This document shows, piece by piece, positions 47,459 through 57,851 of a stretch of DNA of 64,000 bases; position 1 is the first letter of the stretch; each line of letters begins with the position of its first letter. Source of the DNA: an uncultured virus (IMG/VR IMGVR_UViG_3300032324_000268) (taxonomy: Duplodnaviria > Heunggongvirae > Uroviricota > Caudoviricetes). The notes beneath the pieces were generated by a model, which had not been told where the DNA came from, did no database searches, and saw only the letters and a program-made list of their open reading frames with translations. Where the stretch lies: the IMG/VR virus record IMGVR_UViG_3300032324_000268; one strand, 5' to 3'. A program made the translations under genes and the position numbers.

Positions 47459-47695
47459 ATGCCACTTGGAAGACTATCTGTCGCAAGTATTGCAAAAGAC
47501 AAGCTTAGACAAGCTCCAGCCACTTTTGAAAACATTTTTGACGAAGAAACGGGAGCTGCGTTGTTGGATGTAACAGATGAAGAAACCGCTAAAAGCGTAA
47601 TATCAAATTGGCCTTCTGGAGCTGATCGTAAAATGAAGGGCTGGAAAAAACTACCAAACGGCGAGTACGAACCTAGCTACTACGTAAAAAAATAA
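47459..47695 (+). CDS. hypothetical protein
   Basis: 78 aa starting MPLGR. Confidence 0.6.
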   Translation: MPLGRLSVASIAKDKLRQAPATFENIFDEETGAALLDVTDEETAKSVISNWPSGADRKMKGWKKLPNGEYEPSYYVKK

Positions 47696-47751
47696 GTTAT
47701 ATCAAGCAGTCGAAGCTGTTGACACCTTGAAATTGTTCCCATCATCTGGGG

Positions 47752-47910
47752 ATGGACAAACACCTAGAAAAACTCAAAGAACAGATTGCCATCGAGGGTT
47801 TCATAAACGCCAGTCAAGTATTCAGCAGGGACCCTCTAGACTTCAAGGATACGGACAAGGATAACATAGACGATCGTGCGGAGCACCCAGACGAAGTAGA
47901 CGAGATCTAA
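47752..47910 (+). CDS. small acidic protein
   Basis: 52 aa; TTGACA-N15-CATCAT-N6-ATG. Confidence 0.5.
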   Translation: MDKHLEKLKEQIAIEGFINASQVFSRDPLDFKDTDKDNIDDRAEHPDEVDEI

Positions 47911-48069
47911 GTGGACACCACCTTAATCGACCTTGCAAAGCAGCTGGCGGCCTTATTAGGCTTGTTTACGGCCATTCTGCTAACCATTGGTCTCGGTACA
48001 ATTGGATGGGTAACAATGGCCTGGTTTGGCGATATTATCTCTAAAGTAATACGTACAAGACTTAAGTAG
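47911..48069 (+). CDS. small membrane protein
   Basis: GTG directly after previous stop; long hydrophobic segment. Confidence 0.45.
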   Translation: MDTTLIDLAKQLAALLGLFTAILLTIGLGTIGWVTMAWFGDIISKVIRTRLK

Positions 48070-48401
48070 TTGTCAGTCAACACTAGTGGGTATGTTTTGG
48101 CTTAGCCGCAACCCACTGACCTAATCCACTTGACCTAAAACCCTATAATAGTAGATACTTATATATACTTTCTTTAAAAAAGTGTATTAAGTGGGTTATA
48201 TTTAGAACGGAGGGACTGGCGTTTATTTTTTATTGCCAGAAAAATAAATATTATAGGTAATGGGTTTTTTCCACGATCCCCAACCCCCTTTCCCACTTTT
48301 CGTATCTAACCCTCGATTATCCAACCATTTACGAAAACTGAACCACAAGTGGGATGAAACCCAAACCACTGAATCAGCTAAAGCCTAGCGCAAGGGTTGA
48401 T

Positions 48402-48614
48402 TTACAACGACTTACGTTTTCGACGTTTCGATCTTGTAACTCGTTTAGGCTTAACGCTTTTCCAAACCTCGAACTTATCGTCTAGGTCGACAGACTTCAG
48501 CATAAGCCATTTGTAGACCTGGTAGCCTACGGTGAACCGCATTAGGAAGGTTCTAGAGACGATGTCTCCAAGCCAGTAAAAAGCTTTGGATGCTAGAAGT
48601 TTAAGGTTGCTCAT
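48402..48614 (-). CDS. hypothetical protein
   Basis: 70 aa ORF. Confidence 0.55.
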   Translation of the reverse strand: MSNLKLLASKAFYWLGDIVSRTFLMRFTVGYQVYKWLMLKSVDLDDKFEVWKSVKPKRVTRSKRRKRKSL

Positions 48615-48647
48615 ATTAGTATTGGCTGGAGATGGTTAGGAGGTTCA

Positions 48648-49061
48648 TCAAGCTGCTGTGAGCGTTGGAGTACTAGCATTATCTGGTTGCCCAAATGTTT
48701 GTGAATAAACAACAGTCCATCCAGTAATGGGTACTGATGTTGATGGTGCGGTGACAGTGGCTATATATTTTATATAAGGGTCATTGTTTTCCCCAGCAGG
48801 AACAACACTCTCATAGTCTATTGTCCAAACACCACCATTAAAGGTAAGGCTACTGCTACTAATATAAAAAATATTATCCCCTACCCAGCCTTGGTATCCA
48901 TACCAACTTGGAGGATTTCCAGCCGATCTTGCAAAAAGAGAAGATTCTGGTCGTGTGCTAAAGTAAACACTTATATTTTCAGTAGAAAGAGGAATGCTGC
49001 TGGGGGCACCACCACCAATCCTAGGAACCGACAAGTTTAAGCCTACGCCGAGTTTCGGCAT
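48648..49061 (-). CDS. putative virion protein
   Basis: MPKLGVGLNL N-terminus; beta-rich. Confidence 0.55.
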   Translation of the reverse strand: MPKLGVGLNLSVPRIGGGAPSSIPLSTENISVYFSTRPESSLFARSAGNPPSWYGYQGWVGDNIFYISSSSLTFNGGVWTIDYESVVPAGENNDPYIKYIATVTAPSTSVPITGWTVVYSQTFGQPDNASTPTLTAA

Positions 49062-49067
49062 TGCGGT

Positions 49068-49373
49068 TTAAGCCTTGTAGGCGATTACTTTGCTACCCGA
49101 GGTCAATGTGAATCCCGTAAACGGTCCGTAAATAACCGTACCGGCCGTAAGAGCCTCGGATGTCAGACCGCCAACAGTAGAGTTTGCAGCTGCCAAAGCA
49201 CTAAACGTTGTTGCACCAGACGCAATAACTTGAATCGCACCAAAGCTCCCAGTTTGGGCAGTTGTGTTGTTCACAAATACAAAGCCATTTTGCCCTAGGG
49301 AAACCTGAGCCAATTCGTTTAGGTTATAGAGAAACTTGTTTTCGTTACCGAATTCACTTGCGTCGTATGGCAT
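49068..49373 (-). CDS. putative virion decoration protein
   Basis: AGTVIYG.FT.FTLTSG.VIAY C-terminus; own promoter TTGACA-N15-TAAATT. Confidence 0.55.
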   Translation of the reverse strand: MPYDASEFGNENKFLYNLNELAQVSLGQNGFVFVNNTTAQTGSFGAIQVIASGATTFSALAAANSTVGGLTSEALTAGTVIYGPFTGFTLTSGSKVIAYKA

Positions 49374-49404
49374 ATAGTCTGAATTTAATCCCTTTTTAGT
49401 TTTG

Positions 49405-51549
49405 TCAACCGTTCTTGGGCAATTCTATCTCCCATTGCGTGATCCCATTCAATAGCAGAAGACGTTTGACACGGGTGTTATCCAGAACGGAAATCGACGC
49501 AAGCAAACGACCGAGCATTCTGGAACTAGGCACGAACATCTTCACGCTCTGGCTGAGCTTTGCATCTTGTTGGAATGCTAGGAGTAGCTCAATCGCAGAT
49601 CCCTTCCAGTGAGTCTCTGCAGGATTGTCTTTCTTGAACTGAAACAAGAACACATCCAAGAATTCCAAGAAGCTATGCACGCTCGAGGATGCTCTGGATT
49701 CGGCCAAGAGGAGAGGGTGGTGGTAGGACTTCACCACGTACCGCTCGCCGCCTAGGATTTCTTTGGGGATCTCCCAGTCACGAAGCCAAGCAGCAAAGTG
49801 TGGGAGTTCCTCCGACAACATCGATGGGATGTCGTTGCGGGAGATTTCCTCAAACATTTTGTGTGCCTTGAATTTAAACAGGCTGATCTTATCTAGGATT
49901 GAGCCGTCCGTGTGTGGAACGGCTTGTACTGATTCTGGATCGTCGTTGAGCGTCTGGATAATACGTCCACGCCAGTCCAGCGTCACTTGATCCATAAACT
50001 TCCGATGATATGCGTGACGAGTGTTGGCCACTCCTTGCTTGATCATTCGGCTGTAGTGGCGGTGAGCCTCGGATGAATCGGCTGAGCTTGCGTCGTCAAC
50101 GTTCCACACTGCGTACTCGAACAACTCGGCATTGAACGAAGATCCTTGTACCAGATAGTCAGAAGCGTTTGCTCCTCCACCCATCAGACGGGCGACGATC
50201 TCGGTGCCAAAGAATGTCTTACCCAGACCGACTGATCCAGCGATGAAGACCGCTTGCCCTGGTGAGAGTTTCCCACGCAGAGCCGATCCGTAGAAATGCT
50301 TGAGCCAGCCCATGAGGAATGGCAAAGATTCATGCGGTTCCATCACTGTGTCGAAGAAGCGAGCCAGCCACGGGAATCCTTCTCCCCATTTGCCGTGATG
50401 CCCATCTGCTGGTTGCATGACTCGGGTGCGTGAGATGTTGAGCATCTTACGTCCGTCTTGGATGACGATGTCTCGCTGGTCATATAGAGCTGGCATCGAG
50501 CCTTGAACTACCTTTAGCTCCCGAACCCTCCGCATAGCCTCGTCAGCGTCGGACAAAGCTCCACGTTCGTCTGGTGCCGAGGATAGTCCGAACATCCCAA
50601 CAATATCGTGGCGGGTATCATCCTTACCCGACGAACGCCAACATCCGTCCAGATCCTTTTTCCAGTACAGCTTGCCGTCGTACCAGAATGTCTGCATTGG
50701 TCCGCCGTAACGATCTTCCTCAAACTCCTTCACCCACGCCGCACCAAAGATATCAGCCCACGTTAAGAACCCCTTTGTGGAACGTGTGGAGTAGCTGATC
50801 ATTCCAGTCTTGGTGACTTGTGCTCCAGTACGTTCGACTCCGTCCTCTAGCCAAAACAGAGGTCCACGCATTCCCTCCTCAAAAGGTCCAGTCCATCTAC
50901 CTGGGAATGTCTCTTGTACCTTTTGGTATATACGCTCAAGCGGGATGGATACCTCTCCCTCACCCCGATACTTCTTCGAACGCTCTACAGCTTCGGACAG
51001 GATGGAGTGAACCGCTTCCGTCCTTACTGGGGCATCTGCGAATCGAACCGCACCAGGCCACCAAGCGTAGTACTGGTCTGGTTTGAAGATGGCGTCATCC
51101 ATCCTCGGGAATAGATTCTTTGCTTTGGTCTCCTTGACCAGCAGACCTAGAAATTCTTTTAGAACGCCGGGAAGAACGTAAACAGGCTCCTCGAACATCC
51201 ACACCACACGAGCACCAGAGCTGAATGTCTTGTGAGCAAACATCGGCTTGAATCCCGGTTTCGACCCACGGGTCAATCCTTCAAGCAACTCCTCGTCTGT
51301 AAGGGGAGTATCGTAATCTGCAATCAGTCCGTGCATCTTGTACGGATCGTTCGACTTGGATACTCGAGCGTGAGGATTGATACCCTCGAACGCAGATACA
51401 AACACCCCGTCAGTTGTGTCTGCCTGCGCCCACTTGCGGAAATCTTCTTTTTCTTTAAACGATGGGATGACCAGAGTCTTCTCCCAAGGCTTTGCTGGCT
51501 CTGCTGTTCTAGACGTTAAATTCGGTATCCTAAATAATGTTGTCTTCAT
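49405..51549 (-). CDS. primase-helicase (prim-pol-like N-terminus, DUF5906/SF3-like NTPase)
   Basis: IADYD and HKTFSSGARV in N-terminus; Walker A GSVGLGKT, Walker B WNVDD. Confidence 0.75.
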   Translation of the reverse strand: MKTTLFRIPNLTSRTAEPAKPWEKTLVIPSFKEKEDFRKWAQADTTDGVFVSAFEGINPHARVSKSNDPYKMHGLIADYDTPLTDEELLEGLTRGSKPGFKPMFAHKTFSSGARVVWMFEEPVYVLPGVLKEFLGLLVKETKAKNLFPRMDDAIFKPDQYYAWWPGAVRFADAPVRTEAVHSILSEAVERSKKYRGEGEVSIPLERIYQKVQETFPGRWTGPFEEGMRGPLFWLEDGVERTGAQVTKTGMISYSTRSTKGFLTWADIFGAAWVKEFEEDRYGGPMQTFWYDGKLYWKKDLDGCWRSSGKDDTRHDIVGMFGLSSAPDERGALSDADEAMRRVRELKVVQGSMPALYDQRDIVIQDGRKMLNISRTRVMQPADGHHGKWGEGFPWLARFFDTVMEPHESLPFLMGWLKHFYGSALRGKLSPGQAVFIAGSVGLGKTFFGTEIVARLMGGGANASDYLVQGSSFNAELFEYAVWNVDDASSADSSEAHRHYSRMIKQGVANTRHAYHRKFMDQVTLDWRGRIIQTLNDDPESVQAVPHTDGSILDKISLFKFKAHKMFEEISRNDIPSMLSEELPHFAAWLRDWEIPKEILGGERYVVKSYHHPLLLAESRASSSVHSFLEFLDVFLFQFKKDNPAETHWKGSAIELLLAFQQDAKLSQSVKMFVPSSRMLGRLLASISVLDNTRVKRLLLLNGITQWEIELPKNG

Positions 51550-51648
51550 TCTTTCTTCTCCCTTTTATTGTTAATGCCAAACTCTTGTAAACCGAGATCC
51601 TAAACGAAAACCAGTATCCGAACAGCTTAAAAGTTAAGGCAGAAGTTT

Positions 51649-51783
51649 TCATTTCTTTTTTCTTGTCCGCTTAACTTTTTTCTGTTTAGCCATTGCCTTT
51701 TCGTCGCATTCCGAGCACATAAGCATTTCCTCGGTAAACATCTTTCCGCACATAAGACACTTCCTGCGTTTCGGTGTTTTCAT
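51649..51783 (-). CDS. small zinc-finger protein
   Basis: CLMC...CSEC, 44 aa. Confidence 0.5.
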   Translation of the reverse strand: MKTPKRRKCLMCGKMFTEEMLMCSECDEKAMAKQKKVKRTRKKK

Positions 51784-52380
51784 CTACGCCGATTCTTCTG
51801 TAACGATATGATCAAAAGGTTGCTCCTCGGCGTGATGAGTCTGGTTCTGTACCCGCAACCAATTCGGCTTGTCCAAACCACCCTTGGTAAACGATGCCTC
51901 CCGCCAGAGGATGTTGTTACCTGGAACGCAAGTGATTCGTCCGTTACTTAGGGCAATGAAATGATGCGCCTTAGTTTGGCTAGGCTCTAGGCTATACGCA
52001 TCTCCGTATGGCTCGGCAGTAAACATATAACTGCCACCTATCCATATTTGCCTGCTGGCGATCCATACATTGCAATCCAACTCGCGCAAGTAATCATATT
52101 CGATGGTTGAGAAGTTGTAGCCAAAGCAATCCCAGCGTTGAGCATCCCTCAACTCCCACTTATTGGAATTTCCCACTTGATCGTGGCAGATGGCTGACAG
52201 CGGTAAGCCTCGGTACAATGCACCGCACTTTAGCAACACAGTGCAACCCCAAGCTCGGTGCGGCACAGATTGCAATCCAAACCAGACCGCATCCTCAAAG
52301 CCTTGAACTTGTCCTTGGCTCATAATCGATTTATCCACTGAAACATACAAGTGGCGTGGTAGATTGCTTACGTGGGTCAT
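51784..52380 (-). CDS. conserved phage hypothetical protein
   Basis: GALYRGLPL...WDCFGY...H...L.NG...VPGN. Confidence 0.65.
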   Translation of the reverse strand: MTHVSNLPRHLYVSVDKSIMSQGQVQGFEDAVWFGLQSVPHRAWGCTVLLKCGALYRGLPLSAICHDQVGNSNKWELRDAQRWDCFGYNFSTIEYDYLRELDCNVWIASRQIWIGGSYMFTAEPYGDAYSLEPSQTKAHHFIALSNGRITCVPGNNILWREASFTKGGLDKPNWLRVQNQTHHAEEQPFDHIVTEESA

Positions 52381-52381
52381 A

Positions 52382-54139
52382 TTATTTCTTGTAGCACTCG
52401 GCATCGTGACTTTCGGCTTCAATCGGACATCCGTCAATCCATTCCGGTGTGATCGCCATAAGTCTGTTAACATCTTCGCACGTAACGTCCTTGTCTACCT
52501 CTAGGATCACCTCGTCGTGAACGTGGGCGAGGATATCCAGACCGGCATCCTCTAGGCGTACCAGACACTCTCCGAACACGTCTCGAGCGGTAGCTTGGAC
52601 AAGATTCTCGCACAGCTTCCCTCCCCAGAATGGGAACTTTGGTCCGCCCATATTCACTGCCGCTCTCCAATCTGGCTTGCCGTGAGCACCCATCTGGCTG
52701 GAGATCCCGAAGTACTTTTGGCTACGACCAGACGGTAGTTCGATGTGGCAGTCTTCGCCTTGGCTCTGTCTAAATGTTCTGTCCAACTGATTCCAGAGAC
52801 CCACGACTTTCGTGTTCCTTCGTCGGTAATCGTCTACGATTTGCTTCGAATGAACCTCATCTAGGTCTAGGCCAGCCATCATCTTTGCGATGAGAACGAA
52901 CTTCTTGAACCCACAACCATACCCGAGACCCAGTACCTGTGCCTTTGCTAGTGCGTACTTGGCTGGGTCACCTTTCTTGAGTGTACCCTTGGCTCCTTTC
53001 CACAACCCCGAAGCCACCGCGAACGCTTCGTAGATACCATAGCCCTTGCGAACTGCGTCTAATAAAACTTCGTCTCCGCTCAACCAAGCGAGAACACGGG
53101 GTTCGATTTGAGCCAAGTCCGAGATGATAAACTTCTTTCCCGGCCTAGGGACAATACACGCACGAAGATCAACTCCGAATACATCACCTCTTGGCAGATT
53201 CTGAAAATTGAACTTTGACTCTCCAGACCAACGTCCAGTCTGTGCTCCAAAGTACTTTAGCCCGAAAGGGACAGTCCCATCTGGACGCCTACGCTTCCAT
53301 AGGATTTCCAGTTTTGCGAATAGCATATTGGACTTTCTCCAATCCCGCATTGCCGCAACCCAAGGGAACTTCTCTCCGAACTCCTCTTCCCATCGAATAC
53401 AAGCTGGGTCATCTTCCGAAGTTGACGGAGGAACTGGAATACCAGCCTCACGACAAGCTCTTGCTAGTTCTGTTACTTTTAGGACATCCCCAGTATGATC
53501 GTCATTTGCCCAAGGAAGCTTTTCATTCGACTTAATCCTAAGCCAATCCAGAGTGTTTAACCCTTTGTCTACAAGCCCAGAGTCAACTTGGAATCCCCTC
53601 CACCCCATTTCAATCGTCTGCCTAGAAAGTCTCTGCTCTATCTCTGGCATCCTATCTAGAAATGTCTTTGCCAGATCCAAGCAATGCTTCGAATCGTTTA
53701 GTGCATACTGCTTAATTTCTTGCTCTTTTCCCAAAGAAACAGCCTCTTCCCAAGTCTTCCCCTTCATAAAGGATCTAGGATCTTTATCCACAGCTACCCC
53801 CAAGAGTTCTCTAGATGCGTTTCCTAGAGCCCTTGGTGCTCCAAGAAATGCCGCCATATTGGCTGTACACGAGAACTTACTCGGCTTGGCCTTAGTCACA
53901 CCCCTTTCCCGCAGTACATCCATTACAGCCCCATCGAAGCTGTAGTTGTGGGCAACCCAGTGTTTCCCGTCAATTTTATCCCAGGGAGCTGTCTCTGGCC
54001 TACCCACGTACTCTATCCCCGGCCCAACGACGGACACCAAGTAGATGTCAGTCGTCGGGTGGCGGAGATAGTGCCACTGCCCCATTCGGTCGATATTTAC
54101 ATCGGACGAATAGGTCGTCTCGAAGTCAATTGCGTACAT
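52382..54139 (-). CDS. polA: family A DNA polymerase with 3'-5' exonuclease
   Basis: IDFET, HN..FD, YALND; DLAQIEPR, KAQVLGLGYG, HVHDE. Confidence 0.93.
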   Translation of the reverse strand: MYAIDFETTYSSDVNIDRMGQWHYLRHPTTDIYLVSVVGPGIEYVGRPETAPWDKIDGKHWVAHNYSFDGAVMDVLRERGVTKAKPSKFSCTANMAAFLGAPRALGNASRELLGVAVDKDPRSFMKGKTWEEAVSLGKEQEIKQYALNDSKHCLDLAKTFLDRMPEIEQRLSRQTIEMGWRGFQVDSGLVDKGLNTLDWLRIKSNEKLPWANDDHTGDVLKVTELARACREAGIPVPPSTSEDDPACIRWEEEFGEKFPWVAAMRDWRKSNMLFAKLEILWKRRRPDGTVPFGLKYFGAQTGRWSGESKFNFQNLPRGDVFGVDLRACIVPRPGKKFIISDLAQIEPRVLAWLSGDEVLLDAVRKGYGIYEAFAVASGLWKGAKGTLKKGDPAKYALAKAQVLGLGYGCGFKKFVLIAKMMAGLDLDEVHSKQIVDDYRRRNTKVVGLWNQLDRTFRQSQGEDCHIELPSGRSQKYFGISSQMGAHGKPDWRAAVNMGGPKFPFWGGKLCENLVQATARDVFGECLVRLEDAGLDILAHVHDEVILEVDKDVTCEDVNRLMAITPEWIDGCPIEAESHDAECYKK

Positions 54140-55624
54140 TTACGGCAATATGATTCGAGAGTCTTGAGCTTCCTGTATCTCTTTATCTCTTTGCGCTGCT
54201 TCGCCTGCGAGACTTTCGAACTTGTCTAGGCACATTCCGATGAACGGCTGAAGCCTTGCTACGATTACTTTTTCCAGCTCTGTTCCGCCTTCTTGTTCTA
54301 GACTTACCTGCATTGATAGTTCCTTCTTCTCTACATTTTCCGTTACCACTACACGCACAGATGCACTCATTGTTTTTTGTCCTCCAGAATGTGTTTGAAT
54401 TATAAGCCCGAATTATCATTCGATGCCTGCGCCGACAGTTGTATAAGATGTGGACGAGCCATCAGTCTTTGCCCAATTACCGACGATTTCAATTGGCTCG
54501 CTCAAAGTTGTTTTAAACTCCAAGCGTTTCAATCTTTGGTTTGTTACGACATATGTTGCTTGAATCCAGTTAAGCTGTTTCTCAAGCTCCTCGATTCGTT
54601 GTTCAGTCGTAAGTTTCATCTATCCCTCCACCAGTCGCGGATAGCTAACCCGACGAGCGTTGCGAGAAAAATTGTTGTACATATGCCCGATAGGACAAAA
54701 GAAACAAGGATTATGTAACGGATTGTTTCCATAATCATTTGTGCCTATTCTTTCTGCTCTTCCTAGCGAAGACCTCTTCGGACTTCTTGAATGGCCAAGG
54801 ATTAGATACCTTAAAATTTTTAGGAAATGTGTACGAGACGTAGCTCGTTTTCCCAGAGTTTGTCGTATACCCAGTTGTAGTGAATGTCACACGATGCTTA
54901 CACCAAATCCACAACCAATGGATTCCATACCCCACCAAAGCTCCTAATAGGAAGCCTTTCATTTCTTCTCCTCCTCTTTCTGTTTTTGATACGCCTTCAA
55001 GTTACGGTTTTCCCGCATCAAGTTTGCGTTCTCGTATTCGAGATCGGCTAGCATCGTCAAGTGCTCCTGGCACAGAGTCATCAAGCCTTCGATTGTTGAG
55101 TGTGTCTCAATCATACGTTTATGGCATTTTTCCATAACGTCTGTCAAGCCACGATAAAAGTCCCGTAATCGCTCTACTTCTCGGTCACTCATACAATGTT
55201 TTCCTTTTTCATCCAGACACACATCTTTTCCACAGTGTAGTATTTTGTAGAGAAGACTACTGTTGCTGCTCTTCCCGTTCTTTGGTCTGTTGTAATCATA
55301 ATATGCTTAAACCACAAGCATCCAAGTTTTACAAATATCCACAATAAAAATCGGTCGATCATTTCTTTTTATGCTCTTTCACTACGTCTGCGATTGCTCT
55401 CTTGATGGCGTAGGCGAACAACTCTTCCCGATCATCCTTGATGAGTTCGAGCCCCATATCCGCCACAAGGTCAACCGTTTCCTCATCTGTGTCCATAACC
55501 ATTTCAACCATATCTACTGGCTTGAATTCTTTTACTACAATCTTACCGATATGCTTTCGGTTTTTTTCTGAGATTTCTGCGTGCTCTTTCTTTACAAACG
55601 CACTGAATTTCTTTTTCTTTTGTT

Positions 55625-55996
55625 TCATTCGATTTTACCTTTCTTTGTTTTGAATAGTAAGAAAGCCGCACGAACTAAGGCACGCTCCAAGTGATCTACC
55701 GCATCTTCGTTATTTTGGTCTGGGCATGGGCGATTCCCGTCCAACTGCATCATTGCTTGGGAGACGTGATTAACTAACCTATCCGAGTTGTAGCGTCGGC
55801 TGTCGGAATGGAACCATTGGCCGAATGTCGATTTATCGCTACCCCTACCCATTATTCTCAAAATTACAGAAGAGGTCATCTCAATCACTTCTTGTATTTT
55901 TGGGCAGTAAAGTTCCGCACTTGTTTCAATGGCCGGGAGGTTAGACAAAACAGCCGCCGCAGGATCTCCCTGCGTACCATGAGTGGGAACTTCCAT
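55625..55996 (-). CDS. possible dNTP diphosphohydrolase-like (DUF5664-like)
   Basis: G..K....W...H...D.....DHL..A pattern, weak. Confidence 0.35.
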   Translation of the reverse strand: MEVPTHGTQGDPAAAVLSNLPAIETSAELYCPKIQEVIEMTSSVILRIMGRGSDKSTFGQWFHSDSRRYNSDRLVNHVSQAMMQLDGNRPCPDQNNEDAVDHLERALVRAAFLLFKTKKGKIE

Positions 55997-56001
55997 TTTT
56001 G

Positions 56002-56736
56002 TTATTTCGACAAGTTACGGACGAACTCGATGAACTTCTCATCGTGTTTCGTACCGAGCTTCACTGTCGGAACGTACCAGCTCCCCATAGAGTTTGTACG
56101 TAGCGAGGAAGTCAGTTCGTAGCTTGCAGTATCGATACCAGCACGCAGAGCCAACTGCGAGTCGGTAAAGATCTTCCGACCAGTCTGCTTGTAAGCCGAC
56201 TTGGTGAGAAGCCACTGGGCAAGAGCGTAGTAGTCCTTGCCATACTGGAACGGAAACAAAGCGTGTTCACCGACTGGGCTTTTGACCAGCACAATGCAGG
56301 TCATGGCCTCGGAGTAGCGATCAACACCCTCTTCCGCATCTTGTTCGTTTGCAAGAGCACCACCAGCAGCACGCACATCACGGATGCTGGAGAAGTTCTT
56401 GGGCATCTCACCAGATCCGAAAGGCAGATCTTGGAGGTAGAATTTTGCAACTCGGGTGAGGGTGATGTGGCAGGGTTTCTTCCCGTCACCGATCACGACT
56501 TCCCGATTGTAGAGGAAGCTTCCAGCTGGGAAGCTGTTGGACAGCTCGCCAGTCTTGTTGACTAGGTTGAGCTTGGGGATGGTCAAATCACTGCGGGAGA
56601 ACTCTCCCTGGATCTGGCCGTCCAACCCTTGCACTGCCATTGCGACTTCCGTGCTGGTAGTCTCTTGGACTGCCAGTTCAGTTGTTTCTTGTTTCATTGG
56701 TTGTTTCGTTGTTGGTTTCGCGAATGATGTTTTCAA
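56002..56736 (-). CDS. single-stranded DNA-binding protein-like
   Basis: DLTIPKLNLV...G pattern, C-terminal NSMGSWYVP; start TTG 56736 or ATG 56697. Confidence 0.55.
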   Translation of the reverse strand: MKTSFAKPTTKQPMKQETTELAVQETTSTEVAMAVQGLDGQIQGEFSRSDLTIPKLNLVNKTGELSNSFPAGSFLYNREVVIGDGKKPCHITLTRVAKFYLQDLPFGSGEMPKNFSSIRDVRAAGGALANEQDAEEGVDRYSEAMTCIVLVKSPVGEHALFPFQYGKDYYALAQWLLTKSAYKQTGRKIFTDSQLALRAGIDTASYELTSSLRTNSMGSWYVPTVKLGTKHDEKFIEFVRNLSK

Positions 56737-56737
56737 T

Positions 56738-57604
56738 TTATTTATTTTCCTTTTTTCGTTGTAGATATTGAATCTCGTTCCCACCTTGCAGAACACCTGC
56801 GTCGTTGAGTCGATCTTCAATCTCCTGTTTTAGCTTCTCCTTAGAACCTCTCGGTGCTTTATCGGAGTATGCTTTCAGAAGTTGTGCGACGGAAACTTCC
56901 GTCACGGAGGCAAACTCTTCTGGAGTCAGCCTATCCTTGACCAGTTCCCACGTGATCTGAGGATCGGAGACACTACGGCGTCCCGCCCTAGATTTCAATT
57001 CAAATCCTGGGATATCTTCACCCGTCTCGAGTGCGTGCTTTAGGTTCTCTTTCTTGACCTTCTCGCACCAAGGCTCAAGCACCCTACGCAGGATTTCGGC
57101 TTTACCTCGAAGGTCTGGAGTCGCCAGTTGCTCTGGGTTGTACAAGTCCAGCAACTCGCCATCTGGTGTGAGGCTGGAGAACTTGCTGGAAATGATGAGA
57201 GCTTTCTTGTGGAGTGCCGTGCATGTGGCTTTTGCTCCGCAGTAAAGACAAGCCCACTCGGTAGGATTAAGTTCTTTAACGTCGTGCTTGGCTCTAGCGA
57301 TGACTGTCGCCACACGCAACTTCATCCGATCCAAATCTACGCTCCTATAGAATGCGTGACGGCTCACCATGTTCAGTCTTGGCTGAGCGAACACCACATC
57401 TACCATTTGGACTTCTGGATATTTTTCGAATACGCCGATTGCGTATGCCCATCCTTGGAGATTATATTCTGCGTCTTCTACCGCAGTCCAACCGAACTTG
57501 GCGTCCCCGATAATTGCTCTGTCACCCTTAACCATTACGATGTCGGCAGTGCCGAACGTCGTTCCGTCTAGGATGGAAAGCTTAAGCTCTTTTTGAATGA
57601 TCAT
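56738..57604 (-). CDS. Cas4-like/DUF2800 PD-(D/E)XK exonuclease, C-terminal part
   Basis: GTAD...DAKFG...Q...Y; CLYC.....C. Confidence 0.8.
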   Translation of the reverse strand: MIIQKELKLSILDGTTFGTADIVMVKGDRAIIGDAKFGWTAVEDAEYNLQGWAYAIGVFEKYPEVQMVDVVFAQPRLNMVSRHAFYRSVDLDRMKLRVATVIARAKHDVKELNPTEWACLYCGAKATCTALHKKALIISSKFSSLTPDGELLDLYNPEQLATPDLRGKAEILRRVLEPWCEKVKKENLKHALETGEDIPGFELKSRAGRRSVSDPQITWELVKDRLTPEEFASVTEVSVAQLLKAYSDKAPRGSKEKLKQEIEDRLNDAGVLQGGNEIQYLQRKKENK

Positions 57605-57851
57605 CTTTTAATTCCTGTTCAAAACTATCGAACAAATCTTTGACCATGTCCACACATCTTTTTTGTTCCTCGTTTAGTTCTGAGTAGTCCCCAGTTTCGA
57701 GAGCCTTGTGCATCATAGTTCCTTCTTCCGCAGCAGCCGAGGAAGGTCCTTCGTCTGGTTGCCACCCAGGGCAAGCCTCTCGATACATTAATTGGGATGG
57801 TGAGAATTTATGATGTGCACTCACTTGTTTGTCGTCTTGTTTTTGTTTCAT
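57582..57851 (-). CDS. Cas4-like/DUF2800 exonuclease, N-terminal part
   Basis: HHKFSPS...CPG...AAEEGT..H. Confidence 0.75.
   Translation of the reverse strand: MKQKQDDKQVSAHHKFSPSQLMYREACPGWQPDEGPSSAAAEEGTMMHKALETGDYSELNEEQKRCVDMVKDLFDSFEQELKDDHSKRA

Noticed and set aside
56738..57851. CRISPR adaptation role for the Cas4-like gene
   Set aside because: No array or other cas genes; context is recombination/replication
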